From an uncultured Akkermansia sp. (GTDB taxonomy: Bacteria > Verrucomicrobiota > Verrucomicrobiia > Verrucomicrobiales > Akkermansiaceae), in NCBI GenBank assembly GCA_964400645.1, contig CAYNVM010000003.1, forward strand, positions 1 through 55,799: a stretch of DNA of 55,799 bases, in the 5' to 3' direction. The position numbers were made by a program, and so were the translations under genes. Of the stretch, positions 19,936-30,255 are shown piece after piece. Within the stretch, counting starts at the first letter, position 1. Each line of letters opens with the position of its first letter. The notes under the pieces are model-generated. The model did no database searches. It was not told the DNA's origin and saw only the letters and a program-made list of their open reading frames with translations.

Positions 19936-21029
19936 AACATCTCATACCTCTTGTAATCAAAGAGCTGAAGCAGATCCGTAGAGATGTGTCTGCTATCATA
20001 TTGGCTTTTGTTCTTCCTATTCTTATGATTATCCTTTTTGGATATTGTATCAATTTAGATTCAAGTGTCACAACATTGGCTTTGGTGACTGAAGACGAAG
20101 CTCCTGTGGCTCATAGTTTAATTGAGCAGGTAACAGGATCTAACAACTTTAAAGTATTTCGTGTGAGTGACCGTACTACGGGATTAGGTATGCTTCACAA
20201 GGGTGAGGTGGACGGGATGTTGATTATTCCCTCAGATTTTTCTAAGGCCTGTACGATGAGAGAGGAAGTCAAACTCTTACTTGCAACAGATGGAACTGTT
20301 CCTAATACGGCTCAATTCACCTCGTTGTACGTTCAAAGTATTGTGCAGAGTTGGCTAGCATTACAACATCATCAGGCATCGAAGATAACTGTTAAACCTC
20401 TTTACCTTTATAATCAGGCTGCTATTAGTCGCTACTACATATTGCCTGGAGCTATTGCAGTGGTCCTTTCATTCGTTGGCACTTTGCTTACGACAATGGT
20501 TGTGGCTCGAGAATGGGAACGGGGTACTATCGAGGGTATTTTGTCTAGTTCAATTGGACGTTTTGAATTTATTCTCTCTAAGTTGATCCCTTACTTTATC
20601 TTGGGTATGGGAGCTATGACGGTTTGTTCTGTTACGGCTATATTTCTTTTTCATGTTCCCATGAGAGCTTCGATTTTTTTAGTTATTGGGATATCTTCAA
20701 TTTTTTTACTTAGTGTACTGTCTATTGGATTACTTATTTCAACTCTGGTCCGAGCGCAATACACGGCATCCCTTATCGCAATGAATGTCTCTATCCTGCC
20801 GACTATAATGTTATCGGGATTTATTTATGAGATCTCTAGTATGCCTTCTTGGGTTCAGTGCATTAGCTTATTTATCCCTGCCAGGTATTTTTCCAATAGC
20901 CTTTCATCTCTCTTCTTAGCAGGTAATTCTGGAAGCCTTCTTGTTTTGAATACTGTGTTCTTAGTTATATCTGCCATTTTCTGGTTAGGATTAGTTTATA
21001 TTTTGACACCTAAACGGTTAGACGAATGA
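19932..21029 (+). CDS. ABC-2 permease (YbhS-like)
   Basis: KELKQIRRD, VAREWERGTIE, multiple TM helices. Confidence 0.93.
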   Translation: MKHLIPLVIKELKQIRRDVSAIILAFVLPILMIILFGYCINLDSSVTTLALVTEDEAPVAHSLIEQVTGSNNFKVFRVSDRTTGLGMLHKGEVDGMLIIPSDFSKACTMREEVKLLLATDGTVPNTAQFTSLYVQSIVQSWLALQHHQASKITVKPLYLYNQAAISRYYILPGAIAVVLSFVGTLLTTMVVAREWERGTIEGILSSSIGRFEFILSKLIPYFILGMGAMTVCSVTAIFLFHVPMRASIFLVIGISSIFLLSVLSIGLLISTLVRAQYTASLIAMNVSILPTIMLSGFIYEISSMPSWVQCISLFIPARYFSNSLSSLFLAGNSGSLLVLNTVFLVISAIFWLGLVYILTPKRLDE

Positions 21030-22132
21030 ATATCCAACGTATACTCGCTCTTATCTTAAAGGAACTTCAGGAGCAGTTCAGCACGAAACGTGGCATCTTT
21101 GTTGTAGTCATTCCAGTGCTGATCCAGACCCTTATTTTCCCTTTTGTTGTGACAATGGATGTAACTCATTGTCCTGTTTCTGTTCTCAACGACGATGCAG
21201 GTAGGCATTCAGTGGAATTGATCCAACGTATAGCAGCTGCTCCATACATTTCGTCTTTAACTCAAGTGTCCGGGCTTGAAGAGTTGAAAAGTTCTCTGGT
21301 GGATCAGCAGGTCATGATAGGGTTACATGTCCCTTCTGACTTTAGTTCTAAAATTGAACGGGGGGAAACTGCAACGATTCAAGTGTTAGGAGATGGCCGC
21401 CGTTCGAATAGTTCACAAATTGCAACGGGATACATCAACTCTATAGTATCCACAATGAATACGGAGATTACGTCGAGTGATGGGGTGTCTAAGCAACAGG
21501 CGTTAACAAGGCATCTCTATAATCCAGAACTTGAATATAGATGGTTTATTTTGCCATGTCTGTTTGGATTGCTTGGTATGATCACTACCCTCAATATTTC
21601 CACGATGGCGGTAGCTCGTGAACGTGAAGATGGAACCTATGAGCAGTTGTGCGTTACCCCCATGAGTCCTTTGGAAATCTTGATAGGCAAAACTGTTCCC
21701 TCGACTCTTATTGTTTCGGTTCAGTGTTTTCTTATTCTCATAATGGCCGTTTGGGTCTACCAAGTCCCTCTGTTAGGATCACTTCCTGCTTTGTTCAGCT
21801 CAGTTATTATGTATTCCCTGTCGCTAACAGGGGTTGGTTTTTCTATTTCTTCTCTTTGTCGCACACAACAACAGGCGTTTGTTGGTATGTTTTGTTTCGT
21901 TGTTCCAGGACTTCTCTTATCGGGGTTTGTTTCCCCTGTTCAAAATATGCCTGAACTATTGAGAGTTTGCTCGGTAGCAGATCCCTTATATTACATATTT
22001 ATTGTGCTTAGAGGTATTTTTCTGAAGGGATATACATTGAGAGATATTTTGCCATATTTAGGAGCGTTTGCGACAATTGGTTCAATTTCTATGTTGATTG
22101 CATATTCCATTTTGCGGTTGAAGCGAGCTTAA
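21026..22132 (+). CDS. ABC-2 permease (YbhR-like)
   Basis: DGRRSNS, VAREREDGTYEQL.VTP, LLSGFVSPVQNMP. Confidence 0.93.
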   Translation: MNIQRILALILKELQEQFSTKRGIFVVVIPVLIQTLIFPFVVTMDVTHCPVSVLNDDAGRHSVELIQRIAAAPYISSLTQVSGLEELKSSLVDQQVMIGLHVPSDFSSKIERGETATIQVLGDGRRSNSSQIATGYINSIVSTMNTEITSSDGVSKQQALTRHLYNPELEYRWFILPCLFGLLGMITTLNISTMAVAREREDGTYEQLCVTPMSPLEILIGKTVPSTLIVSVQCFLILIMAVWVYQVPLLGSLPALFSSVIMYSLSLTGVGFSISSLCRTQQQAFVGMFCFVVPGLLLSGFVSPVQNMPELLRVCSVADPLYYIFIVLRGIFLKGYTLRDILPYLGAFATIGSISMLIAYSILRLKRA

Positions 22133-22211
22133 CCATGGGAAGTCATCCTTTGATGTTGATCTATGGAGGTCATATGGTAAGCTAAAGCGAGAACAATAGG
22201 ATCATAAATAC

Positions 22212-23189
22212 ATGTCGTCACGGTTCATTCTTACGCTTAGTTTTTCTGTCTTAGCAGGCATGTCTATTGCTTTATCTGATGCCAATGCACAAACATCAGA
22301 TGTCAAACATACTAAGCAAGCAACCCCGACCTTGACTCGATTTGAACCGCAGGTAATTCAGACTGAGCTTTGTCCTTCTGGTGTCGCTTTTGATGGAGAT
22401 ACAATGTACATCTCTTTTCTAGGCAAAGAGTATAAGCCCACAGAAAAGGACGACGATGGTTTTGTTGGGAAGATGGTCATCGGGAAGGACACTGAACCCA
22501 CAATGTTGACAAAACCGACGGTTTACGCAGCTCCTAAGGGTATAGCGGTAGATAAGGAAGGAATCTACGTAACAGACTTAGACAATGCTTATGCGTTGGT
22601 TAAAGAAGATGGGAATTTAGACGGTGCCATTAATGTCTCATCAGATTTGCCCATGACCTACCTCGATGGGTTGGTCTCATTGGGTGATGGGCGTATTATC
22701 ATGGCTGCTCGCGATCTTAATCGTATCTATATTGCAGACACGAGATCGATGACATATGCGGAAATCGTGACTAAGATTCCTTTGAACGCTCCGAGTAGCT
22801 TAGCTTGGGATCCCAAGAAACGCTTGCTGTATGTAGCGGAATTTGCATCAGTTGAAAAGAATGGTAAGGAAGAACCTACGGGTCGTCTCTTGTCTGTTAA
22901 TATTCTGACTGGAGATGTCACTCCTCTTGAAGGGGTCGCAGGTCGCAAAATCCTAGGAAAATTCAGTGGTATTGCTGTGGATGGGGATGACGTTTACTTC
23001 AGTGACTGGACTCAGGATGGTAAGCCTGAAGTTATCCGCAGACTTGAGTTAAAGAGTGGCCGTGTTACGAGTGTCGCCACTCAGGCCATGAGAGGACTCG
23101 TTCATTTTGTCCTCCGAGGTAATCAAATTATCGCTCCTTCAGTGACAGAAAAGAAAATCTATATCTTCGATTTGAAGAAGAAAAAGTAA
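22212..23189 (+). CDS. Secreted beta-propeller protein (SMP-30/gluconolactonase/NHL-like)
   Basis: Signal peptide; repeated blades PSGVAFD, PKGIAVD, PSSLAWD, SGIAVD; DDDGFVGK. Confidence 0.75.
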   Translation: MSSRFILTLSFSVLAGMSIALSDANAQTSDVKHTKQATPTLTRFEPQVIQTELCPSGVAFDGDTMYISFLGKEYKPTEKDDDGFVGKMVIGKDTEPTMLTKPTVYAAPKGIAVDKEGIYVTDLDNAYALVKEDGNLDGAINVSSDLPMTYLDGLVSLGDGRIIMAARDLNRIYIADTRSMTYAEIVTKIPLNAPSSLAWDPKKRLLYVAEFASVEKNGKEEPTGRLLSVNILTGDVTPLEGVAGRKILGKFSGIAVDGDDVYFSDWTQDGKPEVIRRLELKSGRVTSVATQAMRGLVHFVLRGNQIIAPSVTEKKIYIFDLKKKK

Positions 23190-23257
23190 GCTGGCATTGA
23201 GCCAGTCAGACAGATTTGTCGTTTCCAAAGAGTGTAGAAAAGGGTAGAGTACAGGGC

Positions 23258-25021
23258 ATGCAAACGCCTTATTGTGCTAGCCCCTTCCGCTATACTCGCC
23301 GTATCACTCGTGAAGTGATGGTTGGGTCATTAGGTGTCGGAGGGAAGAATCCTATTCGGATTCAATCCATGTTGACATCTGACACTCGAGATACTGATTC
23401 CTGTGTAAGAGAGGCTCTTGGGTTAGCAGAGGCTGGATGTGAGATTATTAGATTAACTGCACAAACTAAGGCTTTTGCTGCTAATCTGGAAAATATAGCA
23501 AGAGAATTGCGTGCTGCTGGGTGTCAAGTTCCTCTGGTCGCTGATATCCATTTTAAACCAGATGCAGCTATGGAAGCTGCTAAATGGGTAGAAAAAATAC
23601 GTATTAATCCTGGTAACTTTGTCGATAAGAAGAAATTTGAAGTTCGGGACTATACGGATTTAGAGTACGAAGCTGAACTTGAACGCATTCGGTCGGAGTT
23701 TACTCCTTTAGTGTTATTTTGTAAGGAACATGGGCGCGCTATGCGTATAGGCTCGAACCATGGTTCTCTTTCTGATCGAATTTTGAATCGTTATGGTGAC
23801 ACGCCCGAGGGTATGGTGGAAAGTGCACTAGAATTTGCTCGGATCGCTCGGGATTTGGACTACCACCAATTGGTGTTTTCGATGAAGTCATCCAATGTGA
23901 AAGTCATGATTGCGGCCTATCGTCTGTTGGTTGCCCGACTGGCAGAGTTGGGAGCTGACTGGAACTATCCTATCCATTTGGGGGTGACTGAAGCTGGTGG
24001 TGGTGAAGATGGGAGAATTAAAAGTGCTATTGGGATTGGTTCTCTCTTGGCTGATGGTATTGGTGATACTCTGCGCGTCTCATTGACGGAAGATGCAGTT
24101 TGTGAAGTTCCTGTTGCGTATGCTCTAGCTGCTCCATTCCAACCTCAAATTAAGGAAAATACTCCTGCGTTATCATCCCCTGAGCCCGTTGTTTCTTTTG
24201 ACCCGTACACTTTTATCCGCCGTTCACCTGGTTTAACTTCTTGTTATGGTGTTCGTTTAGGGTGGAACGAACCTGTGCGCGTGGTTGTGTCGCATGAAGC
24301 ATTTGCAGAATTAGATAGAGAGCGCGATGCTTTGGGAGAAATGACTCCAGAAATCGATCTGTCCAAACTGGAGCCTGTCACCATTGATCCCAGAGACGAT
24401 CAGGCTGTCGAGTCTCTTAAGGCCCTCCCAGAACCTACAGTAGTGACAGTTGCTGATGGGGTAAAAATGGATGTAATCCCTGCATATAGGCTTTTGGCTT
24501 CTAAAATAGAGTCCCGTCACCCTATCCTCTTGAAGGATACATTTTCTCTTAGCCCTGAACAGCAAGAAGACGCTCTGTTGATAGCTTCTCGCAACATTGG
24601 TTCATTGCTGTGTGATGGAATTGGTGATGCGATTTTTGTCCGTGGAGTGAAGGATTCTCATGAAGCACTATTCCTTTCTTACAACATCTTGCAGGCTACA
24701 GGGACTAGACTGACCAAGACTGACTATGTTTCATGTCCATCATGTGGTCGTACTTTATACAACATCCAAGAAGCAACCGCTCGAATTAAGGCCGCTACTG
24801 GTCACCTAAAAGGGGTAAAGATTGCTGTGATGGGGTGTATAGTCAATGGCCCTGGCGAAATGGCTGATGCTGACTTCGGTTATGTGGGTGGAGCTCCTGG
24901 CAAGATTAATCTCTACGTTAAGAAAGAACCTGTTCGTTTTAATATTCCTCAAGAGGAGGCCGTAGATTGCCTCATTGACCTTATTAGAGAACATGGCCGT
25001 TGGGTGGATCCTAAACACTAA
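23258..25021 (+). CDS. ispG: (E)-4-hydroxy-3-methylbut-2-enyl-diphosphate synthase IspG, long form with insertion domain
   Basis: PIRIQSM, PLVADIHF, RINPGN, HLGVTEAG, CPSCGR, MGCIVNGPGE; start taken at ATG 23258. Confidence 0.97.
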   Translation: MQTPYCASPFRYTRRITREVMVGSLGVGGKNPIRIQSMLTSDTRDTDSCVREALGLAEAGCEIIRLTAQTKAFAANLENIARELRAAGCQVPLVADIHFKPDAAMEAAKWVEKIRINPGNFVDKKKFEVRDYTDLEYEAELERIRSEFTPLVLFCKEHGRAMRIGSNHGSLSDRILNRYGDTPEGMVESALEFARIARDLDYHQLVFSMKSSNVKVMIAAYRLLVARLAELGADWNYPIHLGVTEAGGGEDGRIKSAIGIGSLLADGIGDTLRVSLTEDAVCEVPVAYALAAPFQPQIKENTPALSSPEPVVSFDPYTFIRRSPGLTSCYGVRLGWNEPVRVVVSHEAFAELDRERDALGEMTPEIDLSKLEPVTIDPRDDQAVESLKALPEPTVVTVADGVKMDVIPAYRLLASKIESRHPILLKDTFSLSPEQQEDALLIASRNIGSLLCDGIGDAIFVRGVKDSHEALFLSYNILQATGTRLTKTDYVSCPSCGRTLYNIQEATARIKAATGHLKGVKIAVMGCIVNGPGEMADADFGYVGGAPGKINLYVKKEPVRFNIPQEEAVDCLIDLIREHGRWVDPKH

Positions 25022-25066
25022 GAAATATTTAGGGAGCTTGCTAGTATTCCAATCCGAAGAGGAGAG

Positions 25067-25741
25067 ATGATAGAATCTACGGTTAACTCAGTTTCTCGTC
25101 TTCTCATTACTGGTGGCGACGGAGCTTTGGCGCAAGCTATTGCTTCTGAGTTCAGAGATCATTCATGGTTCGTCGATGCCCCAAGTCATCAAGAGCTTGA
25201 TGTGACTTCCGTAGAACAGATTGAGGAGTACATTAATGATCATGGACCCTATGACTGCGTCGTTTGTAATGCGGGAATAACTCTTGACGCATTGCTTATG
25301 AAGCAGACTCCCGAACGTTGGGAGAGAGTACTTCAAACTAACTTGAAGGGGGCTACATGGTGTGCAAACTATTCCGCTCGAGGAATGGTTCAAGTGGGCA
25401 AAGGTGGGAGCATCATCTTCATAGGATCCTATGCAAGTGAACACCCTACAGTTGGCCAATCGATCTATGCGGCATCAAAGGCCGGATTGATTGGAGTGAT
25501 GAAATCAGCTGCCAGGGAATGGGGATCATTGGGTATCCGTGTTAATGTAATCCTACCAGGATTTATGGAAACACCAATGACTGAGACGTTGCCGAGTGGT
25601 GTTGTGGAACGAGCTCGGCAACTACATGTCCTTGGTGAATTTAATACCCCAAACCGTGTTGCTGCAATGATCTGGTTTCTTCACGAAACGATGAGAGCAA
25701 CGTCAGGGCAGGTCTTTTCTCTAGATAGTCGTATCCTTTAA
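25067..25741 (+). CDS. SDR oxidoreductase, FabG-like
   Basis: LITGGDGALA, NAGI, YAASK, PGFMETPMT. Confidence 0.9.
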   Translation: MIESTVNSVSRLLITGGDGALAQAIASEFRDHSWFVDAPSHQELDVTSVEQIEEYINDHGPYDCVVCNAGITLDALLMKQTPERWERVLQTNLKGATWCANYSARGMVQVGKGGSIIFIGSYASEHPTVGQSIYAASKAGLIGVMKSAAREWGSLGIRVNVILPGFMETPMTETLPSGVVERARQLHVLGEFNTPNRVAAMIWFLHETMRATSGQVFSLDSRIL

Positions 25742-25768
25742 TAAGTCGCTAAATGTAATTTCTGATAT

Positions 25769-27193
25769 TTAGTGGCTTATCTTAATGACAGGAACGGTCA
25801 TCCCATCTATTTGTTCAGCAGACAGGGTTACCTTTTTGTTTGCGCTGTCAACTGTGATCTCCTCATCGCTACCGAGAAGCTTTGCTTTTGTGTAGCCTTT
25901 GGGAAGGTCGATAGAGAGTGGCTCAGTGCGTTCTTGAGTTGCTGTCTGCATAACGTAAATAAAGATGTCTTTGCCTTTAACAGTAGCGGCCAGTTCTTTA
26001 TTATCGCCTTCTAATTTGTATGGGCGAGTCCCATAGACAGCTTCCCCGTTGATTTTGAGCCAAGAGCCGACACCTCGTAGTGTGGTGGTAACAGCAAGAG
26101 GTACAGTCCCATCAGCCTGCGGGTTGATATTTAGCAGTAGATTCCCTCCTCGTGTAGTGCTCTTCGCTAGCATCAAAATCAAATCATCTTTACTCTTCAG
26201 TTGTGTGTCTTCTCGGTTGAACCCCCAACGCTGACCGATAGTTTGGCATAGTTCCCAATCTATGCCTTCATATCCATCATCAGACATATTCTTTTCAGGA
26301 GAACTATAGTCACCACAACGAAGGTCAAATTGAGTTTTATCCTGATTTAGGGTGTTTGTGTACAACCGGTCATTCATAATGATGTCTGGTTGTGCTTTGC
26401 GAACTAGAGAAATCAAATTAGGAGCGTCCCAACCTTTTTTACCCTGCATAGCATCTTGAGAATAATCCCACCATATGACGTCAACCTTACCGTAGTTGGT
26501 CATGAGTTCATGGACTTGATCCTTAATGTACTGTTGGTAGGCCTGATGATTCCGAGGAATGTTGTGGTTCTTTAGCCATTCTTCTTGGCCTTTTGGGTAG
26601 CAAAGGTCAGGATTGATGGTGTTGTCATAGTCCTTTTGGTGCCAGTCGATGACTGAATAATAGAACCCGACTTTTAATCCTTTTTTGCGGAACGCTTCAA
26701 CATATTCAGCGACGAGATCTCGTCCAGATTTGAGATCCTTTGCATCAAATTCAGAAACCTTACTATCAAAGAGAGCAAACCCATCATGATGTTTGGTTGT
26801 CATGACCGCATACTGGCAACCTGCAGCCTCTGCGAGAGCCGCCCATTCATCAGCGAACCCTTCTTTGGGAGTGAAAAGAGGAAGAGCTTCTGTAGCATAT
26901 TCTTCTGAGCTAGCTTCAACGTTTTTCTGAATCCATTCAGCTCCTTTACCAGATTCACCTTTCCACTCTCCAGCTAGTCCTGAATACAGCCCCCAGTGGA
27001 TGAACATACCAAATTTAGCATCTCTCCACCATTTCATACGAGAGTTCCTATGATCGGAACTTTCGGTTAAAGCGAGGTGATCTTCATCTGCTTTTTTTGA
27101 AAATGAAGTAGCAGCCGGTTCATTAGAATAGCTTGGCGATGTGAGCGTAAGCAAGACCAAACTACACAAGGTAAAAGGAAGACGAATATGCAT
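25769..27193 (-). CDS. Alpha-L-fucosidase GH29, secreted
   Basis: WWRDAKFGMFIHWGLYS, TTKHHDGF, VIWWD, GGNLLLNI, NGEAVYGT. Confidence 0.95.
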   Translation of the reverse strand: MHIRLPFTLCSLVLLTLTSPSYSNEPAATSFSKKADEDHLALTESSDHRNSRMKWWRDAKFGMFIHWGLYSGLAGEWKGESGKGAEWIQKNVEASSEEYATEALPLFTPKEGFADEWAALAEAAGCQYAVMTTKHHDGFALFDSKVSEFDAKDLKSGRDLVAEYVEAFRKKGLKVGFYYSVIDWHQKDYDNTINPDLCYPKGQEEWLKNHNIPRNHQAYQQYIKDQVHELMTNYGKVDVIWWDYSQDAMQGKKGWDAPNLISLVRKAQPDIIMNDRLYTNTLNQDKTQFDLRCGDYSSPEKNMSDDGYEGIDWELCQTIGQRWGFNREDTQLKSKDDLILMLAKSTTRGGNLLLNINPQADGTVPLAVTTTLRGVGSWLKINGEAVYGTRPYKLEGDNKELAATVKGKDIFIYVMQTATQERTEPLSIDLPKGYTKAKLLGSDEEITVDSANKKVTLSAEQIDGMTVPVIKISH

Positions 27194-27238
27194 GAAAAAA
27201 AGAAGTGTAAAAATCTCTAAATGATTGAGGAATTATGA

Positions 27239-28312
27239 TTATAGGGGACCTACATTAGGGTAACTCCCAACGATTTTGAGCATTGAACACTGTTCATCGA
27301 GCTCTTTTAGCGCTGTGGCTAAGGGCTCTTCCTGGGCATGTCCCAACACATCAACATGGAAGACGTATTCCCAATTGACTACTTTAGAGGGCCTGGATTC
27401 AATTCTCGTCAAATCGATGCTGTGGCGACTGAAACATTCGAGAGCTTTTACTAAGGTTCCTGGCTTATGGTGAAGAAGGAATAAAATAGAGGTTTTATCT
27501 TCACCTGTGGGTTCTGTTCCTTGATTTCCTATAATAGCAAAACGAGTTGTGTTTGCTGAGTTGTCTTGGATATCTTCTTCTAAGATTTTAAGGTCAAAGA
27601 GCTCCGCACAGAGAGGACTCGATAGAGCAGCCGCTCCGTCACTGGCTTTTTCACAGGCAAATTCTGCAGCACGGGATGAAGAGGAGGTAGCGACAAGTTC
27701 CGCATTCGGAAAGTTACGTTGAATCCAAAGACGAGTTTGTCCCAGAATCTGAGGATGGGAGTAAAGGACTTTGATCTGATCGCGAGGAATAGCGGATAAC
27801 AATCCATTGCGAATCTTCAGATGTAATTGAGCACAAATCTTAACTGGAGATTGTACAAAGAGGTCCATGACTGGGGTAACTGCTCCATCTGTTGAATTCT
27901 CGACAGGAACGACGCCATAATCGACAGTTCGTTTTTCAACAGCACGGAAAATGTCAGCAAAGCTTGCCATGGGGACAAGTTCCACACTCCTACCAAATTG
28001 CTTTAATGCTGCTTGGTGAGACCATGTTCCTGCTGGTCCGAGGTAGGCTATTCGTAGATTACCTTCTAAGAACAAACCACATGAGATAATCTCTCTATAA
28101 ATAGCGCAGAGACTGTCATTGGGTAGAATACCATTGTTGAGACGCTCCAACTTTTTCATCATTAGAGCTTCACGTTCTGGTACAGAAATGGGTGCATTGG
28201 CTGCTTTCTTGATCTCCCCCACCATTTTGACGAAGTCAAATCTGCTCTTTAATAACTCAACAATCTGAGCATCTATACCGTCAATGTTTTGGCGTATTTC
28301 TGAAAGGTCCAT
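27239..28312 (-). CDS. pheA: Chorismate mutase/prephenate dehydratase
   Basis: N-terminal chorismate mutase (LSEIRQNIDGID), YLGPAGT, PVENS, NTTRF, ACT domain IESRPS. Confidence 0.96.
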   Translation of the reverse strand: MDLSEIRQNIDGIDAQIVELLKSRFDFVKMVGEIKKAANAPISVPEREALMMKKLERLNNGILPNDSLCAIYREIISCGLFLEGNLRIAYLGPAGTWSHQAALKQFGRSVELVPMASFADIFRAVEKRTVDYGVVPVENSTDGAVTPVMDLFVQSPVKICAQLHLKIRNGLLSAIPRDQIKVLYSHPQILGQTRLWIQRNFPNAELVATSSSSRAAEFACEKASDGAAALSSPLCAELFDLKILEEDIQDNSANTTRFAIIGNQGTEPTGEDKTSILFLLHHKPGTLVKALECFSRHSIDLTRIESRPSKVVNWEYVFHVDVLGHAQEEPLATALKELDEQCSMLKIVGSYPNVGPL

Positions 28313-28503
28313 GGTGTCCGTTAGTGCGCTGTGCTCGGTCTGAGGTCAATATCTTCTGGGGAGAACTGACGTCGAGTGATGAGTATAAGTTGGAGTAACT
28401 TCTAATCAAGTTGAATCCCTTCACAAACAAAGAGAAGGTCAGTCTTCTGTTTTGGCCAAAAAGAAAAACTGACTCATAAAGCCAGTTTTGGATGGGGAAA
28501 AGA

Positions 28504-28578
28504 TGGAGCGGATGATGGGATTCGAACCCACGACATCAACCTTGGCAAGGTTGCGCTCTACCCCTGAGCTACATCCGC
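28504..28578 (-). tRNA. tRNA-Gly(GCC)
   Basis: GCGGATGTAGCTCAGGGGTAGAGCGCAACCTTGCCAAGGTTGATGTCGTGGGTTCGAATCCCATCATCCGCTCCA; cloverleaf with encoded CCA. Confidence 0.98.
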
Positions 28579-29060
28579 TTTGATGTTCTGTGAACCGCTG
28601 TGGAGCGTGTTCGGAGGCGTTTATACTCTGATTCTGTATCCACGCAAGACATTTTTCAGTAGATTCTTCCTTTTTCTCATGAACTCTCCAACGAAGTGCC
28701 ATTATAAGATTTTGACAGAAAGTCAGATAACTCATTTCCTTGGTATGAGTATAAAATCTGCGGGTAAAAGCAATTGTTAGGTGCAATTCAGTCAAATGGT
28801 TTTGTGGAGATCATCTGATAACACTCGTGAAAGACAGGCTCCTTTGATTGAGACATTTGATAGTCTATCTCCTACTCCTTTGTAGATTTTCAAGCTTTAG
28901 CATGACGTTAATGTCAATCTGATTTTGGATATCAATAAGCTTACTACAGAGGGGAGAATAGACTATGAGGGCAAAAAAATGATTCTACTGATAGACTTCT
29001 ACCTAAGGGCACGTTATATATAGTGAATTCTTCAGCTACTCCTAGCCACTCTACAACACG

Positions 29061-30140
29061 ATGCTCTCACAATCCCAGACTCAACCTCGGCTCTCTTCAT
29101 TAGATGTCTTAAGGGGATTTGACTTATTCCTATTACTTTTCTTTCAACCTGTAGTTGTCGCTCTTTTACATCAATGTTCAGGTGATTGGAGGCTCCCTAT
29201 TTTAGGACAGTTAGAACATACCGCATGGGAAGGGTTTACGTTTTGGGATATCATTATGCCTTTGTTCCTGTTCATGACAGGAGTGGCGATGCCTTTTTCT
29301 TTTTCCAAGTTCTCCTCTAAACCTATTGGTCAGGTATATAGCAAAGTTTTTAGGCGAGTTATCCTGTTGTTCATTGGAGGGATGATCGTTCAAGGGAACT
29401 TGTTGGCGTTGGGGAATGCCCATCTAATTATATACTCAAATACTCTTCAGGCTATTGCTATTGGGTATTTGATAACTTCTTCATTGTTAATTCATCTAAA
29501 AATTACTGGTCAACTTATTGCCTTAGTTTCACTTCTTATCATCTACTGGATACCAATGCAACTATGCGGAGATTATTCCATGGAAGGTAATTTTTCTAGT
29601 CAAGTTGATCGTTACTTTTTGGGGAGTTCTCAAGGTGATCCTTCCTACACCTGGATATGGAGTTCTCTGAATTTTGGAGCGACTGTACTAATAGGAGCTT
29701 TGTCAGGTGAGGTGATTCGTGCTTTTCGCAATGAACCATACAAAATTTTGAGATACCTCATTATATTTGGATGTCTCTTGATTGCGATAGCTCTTCTATG
29801 GAGTCCATATCATCCTATTATCAAAAGGATATGGACCTCTAGCATGGTTCTTTTTAGTGGGGGAATATGTCTCTTACTTTTGGCTTTGTTCTATTATGTC
29901 ATTGATGTAATAGGATGGAACAGGGGGATTGAGTGGTTAAAAATATACGGAGTCAATTCGATCGCGGCTTATCTCATTGGTGAAGTGGTTGATTTTAGGA
30001 GTATTCCTGCATCTATCTGCTATGGACTTGCTCCTTATTTCGGACGGTTCTACCCAGTTTGGCTTACTTTTTCTAATTGCCTTATCCTCCTTCTCATTCT
30101 TCATTGGATGTATAAGCACAAGATTTTCATAAAAGTGTAA
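29061..30140 (+). CDS. Heparan-alpha-glucosaminide N-acetyltransferase-like membrane protein (NagX/DUF5009-like)
   Basis: RLSSLDVLRGFD, WEGFTFWDIIMPLFLF, PIIKRIWTSS, YGVNSI. Confidence 0.88.
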   Translation: MLSQSQTQPRLSSLDVLRGFDLFLLLFFQPVVVALLHQCSGDWRLPILGQLEHTAWEGFTFWDIIMPLFLFMTGVAMPFSFSKFSSKPIGQVYSKVFRRVILLFIGGMIVQGNLLALGNAHLIIYSNTLQAIAIGYLITSSLLIHLKITGQLIALVSLLIIYWIPMQLCGDYSMEGNFSSQVDRYFLGSSQGDPSYTWIWSSLNFGATVLIGALSGEVIRAFRNEPYKILRYLIIFGCLLIAIALLWSPYHPIIKRIWTSSMVLFSGGICLLLLALFYYVIDVIGWNRGIEWLKIYGVNSIAAYLIGEVVDFRSIPASICYGLAPYFGRFYPVWLTFSNCLILLLILHWMYKHKIFIKV

Positions 30141-30255
30141 CCGAACTGAGAGGGACTGGGAGCAGACCATTCAAGGATGTGGCTTGAAAACTGGACTTGA
30201 GATGGTACAATCCTCAAAGCCCTCTTTCTCCGATACGATACGGGCGATCACAATC

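Noticed and set aside
16473-22132. Efflux operon as a horizontally acquired island
   Set aside because: Low GC is shared with neighbouring core genes; no mobility genes or flanking direct repeats were seen
28439-28795. 118-aa ORF across the tRNA; tRNA-Gly as an island attachment site
   Set aside because: The ORF runs through the tRNA; no integrase or duplicated tRNA 3' end was seen and pheA follows directly
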